From positions 44,084,001 to 44,148,000 of the forward strand of contig CM052816.1 in the NCBI GenBank assembly GCA_028534125.1: a stretch of 64,000 nucleotides of DNA. Direction: 5' to 3'. The stretch's first letter is position 1, and each line of letters begins with the position of its first letter. This DNA is from Lama glama (lineage: Eukaryota). Below are positions 61,901 to 64,000 of this stretch, in pieces. A model generated the notes under the pieces. That model saw only the letters and a program-made list of their open reading frames with translations, did not search any database and was not told the DNA's origin. Made by a program: the position numbers and the translations under genes.

Positions 61901-62929
61901 TATTTTCAAATATTAAATAAACTGCAAATAAAGCAAAAAAAAAAGAACATAAATTACAAGAACACAGGAAAAGGCACATAGTTTAGTTTGAACATGTCAA
62001 AGTAGTAAAGTATTAATAGACATAGTTCCAAAGACACTTTTTACCACATACCCAGTAGTATCTATTTCTAGTTTTGTATAATAGATTGCATGTGCAGTGA
62101 GCTCTTTAATTATATTTTGTGCCAAGTAAAGGACAAGCCTTTGTAGTTTTTTTTTAATTGTTATATAATTAAGGCAAGCAGTAGATTCATCTTTAGAAAC
62201 ATAGTTGGTCTCAATTTGGTTTCTCTATTTTAAACTTGCTATCTTGTTTATGTATGCAAAGATTACTAATAATGCATTTTTACACATGGTTTAAAAACAC
62301 TTTGGATTCTATCTTTAATTCCTGTGGGGTGGACTCAGAAATATTTAGATAGCAAAACTTTGTTGGCTATGTAAAGTGTAAAGTTATCAAAGCTCCAAAC
62401 ATGAAAGTTTTAGAGGATCTTCTGTAAGGCCTTTGGCTGTAAAACTTTGCTTTTTTACCCCCAAATGCAAGATGAGCTTCTTTTACGCCATCCTTTATTT
62501 TCTACTGTTGGTTTGCTTTCCCTCCTCAAATCTATCTGAAACACAAAGCCAAGCAAAGCATCATCACCTTTTGGAAACTGCAAAAACTACAATCAGAATC
62601 AACCCAGCAAATTACCCTTCCCATAGAGTCACTGCCTTGGTGTTTAAGTGATGGGACGACTCTATAGAACCCAGATTCCGCATTTAGCCAGATACTCCAG
62701 GTCACGGAGATATTCCACCGAGGCAATTTTTAAAAGACCATAAAACCAGCCCATCAATTTATGCTTCCAGGTAGTTTAATTGCCTTTGTATCACATGTCT
62801 TGAGAGAAAAAGTGGCTTAAAATAATCTGAATAGCATTTAGAAATAAGATGCTTAAATAATTGGCATTGCCATTGCTTTTTTTAACTCTGGGATTTCAAA
62901 ACATTTTCCAAACATTAATTGCAATGGGA

Positions 62930-63190
62930 CCCCTGTGAGGCTGATATTATCATACCTATTTTCCAGGACGGTAAGCAGGGAACACAGGGCCCATTTCTTG
63001 CCTTGCCCCATGCCCTTCAGAGCTTGTCCAAGCTCAGAGCTCCCTTAAAAACCATTGGATCATCTCCATGGGAGCTCAGAGGAAAATGAGAAATGGGCTC
63101 TTGGAGATTTAAGGGATTTTGTAAGGTCACGTGCAAGTGAGCTGTAGCTAAAAGTCAAAAGCTAAAAAGCTAAGTTTCCTTATTCCAGTG
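62930..63190 (-). mobile_element. MIR SINE, apparently interrupted
   Basis: ccctgtgaggctgatattatcatacctattttccagga (62930-62970) and ttaagggattttgtaaggtcacg (about 63110-63131). Confidence 0.55.
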
Positions 63191-64000
63191 GTGAGATAGA
63201 TTTCCTCGTTAGAATGCCAGACTTGCAGGAATGCTACAGTAAGAAAAGGAATCTGTCGCTGCACATTTTTGAGTACCATTTTTAATAACAAAAAATGTCT
63301 CCCTTTGATTTGAATAAAAATGACTAAATGTTCCCAGGCAGCACGAGCAGGAGACCAGCCAGGACCAACAGTGAATTTCTACATTGACTTCTGAAAACTG
63401 CAAGAGATGCGAACAGCCTAATTTGTAGTAGAGACTAGATTTTGCCCCCTACATCAGGTGGTGGTATAAAGAAGAGGCATATCCAGAAAGTGGAATGAGG
63501 GGTTAAAAGTCACACCAAACATGCTGCCAAGGCCTGTGGGCGTCTCAACCTTTTTTCTTTAATTGGGAGAGGAAGAGCTTTTGACTAAAGACTAAGTTCT
63601 ACAATGTAGGCCGGTAGCCCAACTGGGAAATACTCTTGATTTGAACAGTTGGCAGCAGTTCTATTCTGAACTCTTTATATAGATCCTCTTTCCATACTGG
63701 GACACATATTTTAAGGTAAAAAGGGTATTTTACTAATTTTTTTTAATGAAGCTTTGACTGCAAGCAGCACTAGAGTTGGTAATCATCGGCCGGTTCCTTT
63801 CCCCTCCTGCACGGCAGGAAGGAGGCAGTTTCACAGCTGGTTGTCAGCCCAGCTCTTATTTCTGCCACCAATTATTGATTTTTAAAAGGCCTATGCCATT
63901 AGTACCCTGCTACATCTCTTCACACACAATAGGTGTTTTAAAAATTCCTTTTTTAAAAAATACAAAATCTGAGCCTAACCTTTCTATCATCTGTGTGCCT

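Overview
AT-rich eutherian (mammalian) non-coding DNA, most likely intronic or intergenic. I can find no recognisable host protein-coding exon, RNA gene or prokaryotic-type feature. Nearly all tracked ORFs look like chance ORFs; the only clear protein homologies are decayed retro/DNA-transposon remnants (L1 ORF2p, hAT transposase). The window is a patchwork of old interspersed repeats (L1M, L2, MIR, MLT1/MaLR, MER21, MER20, MER5, Charlie1) plus one younger L1 with a 5' inversion and target-site duplication. That L1's 3' UTR resembles cetartiodactyl L1s, and I saw no Alu, B1, Bov-A/tA, PRE1, CHR-2 or SINEC copies, which tentatively suggests a camelid-like genome (inference). Repeat-poor stretches (about 0.4-4.5, 19-21, 24-25.3 and 61.4-61.9 kb) carry candidate promoter, enhancer, CTCF-like and splice signals. 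Repeat names come from remembered consensus similarity, not a database search, and most boundaries are approximate. I found no convincing evidence of a wholly new biological system; the best leads are candidate unannotated exons, a CpG-rich island with CTCF-like sites, a possible ancient L1 3' transduction and an unexplained 74-bp dispersed duplication.
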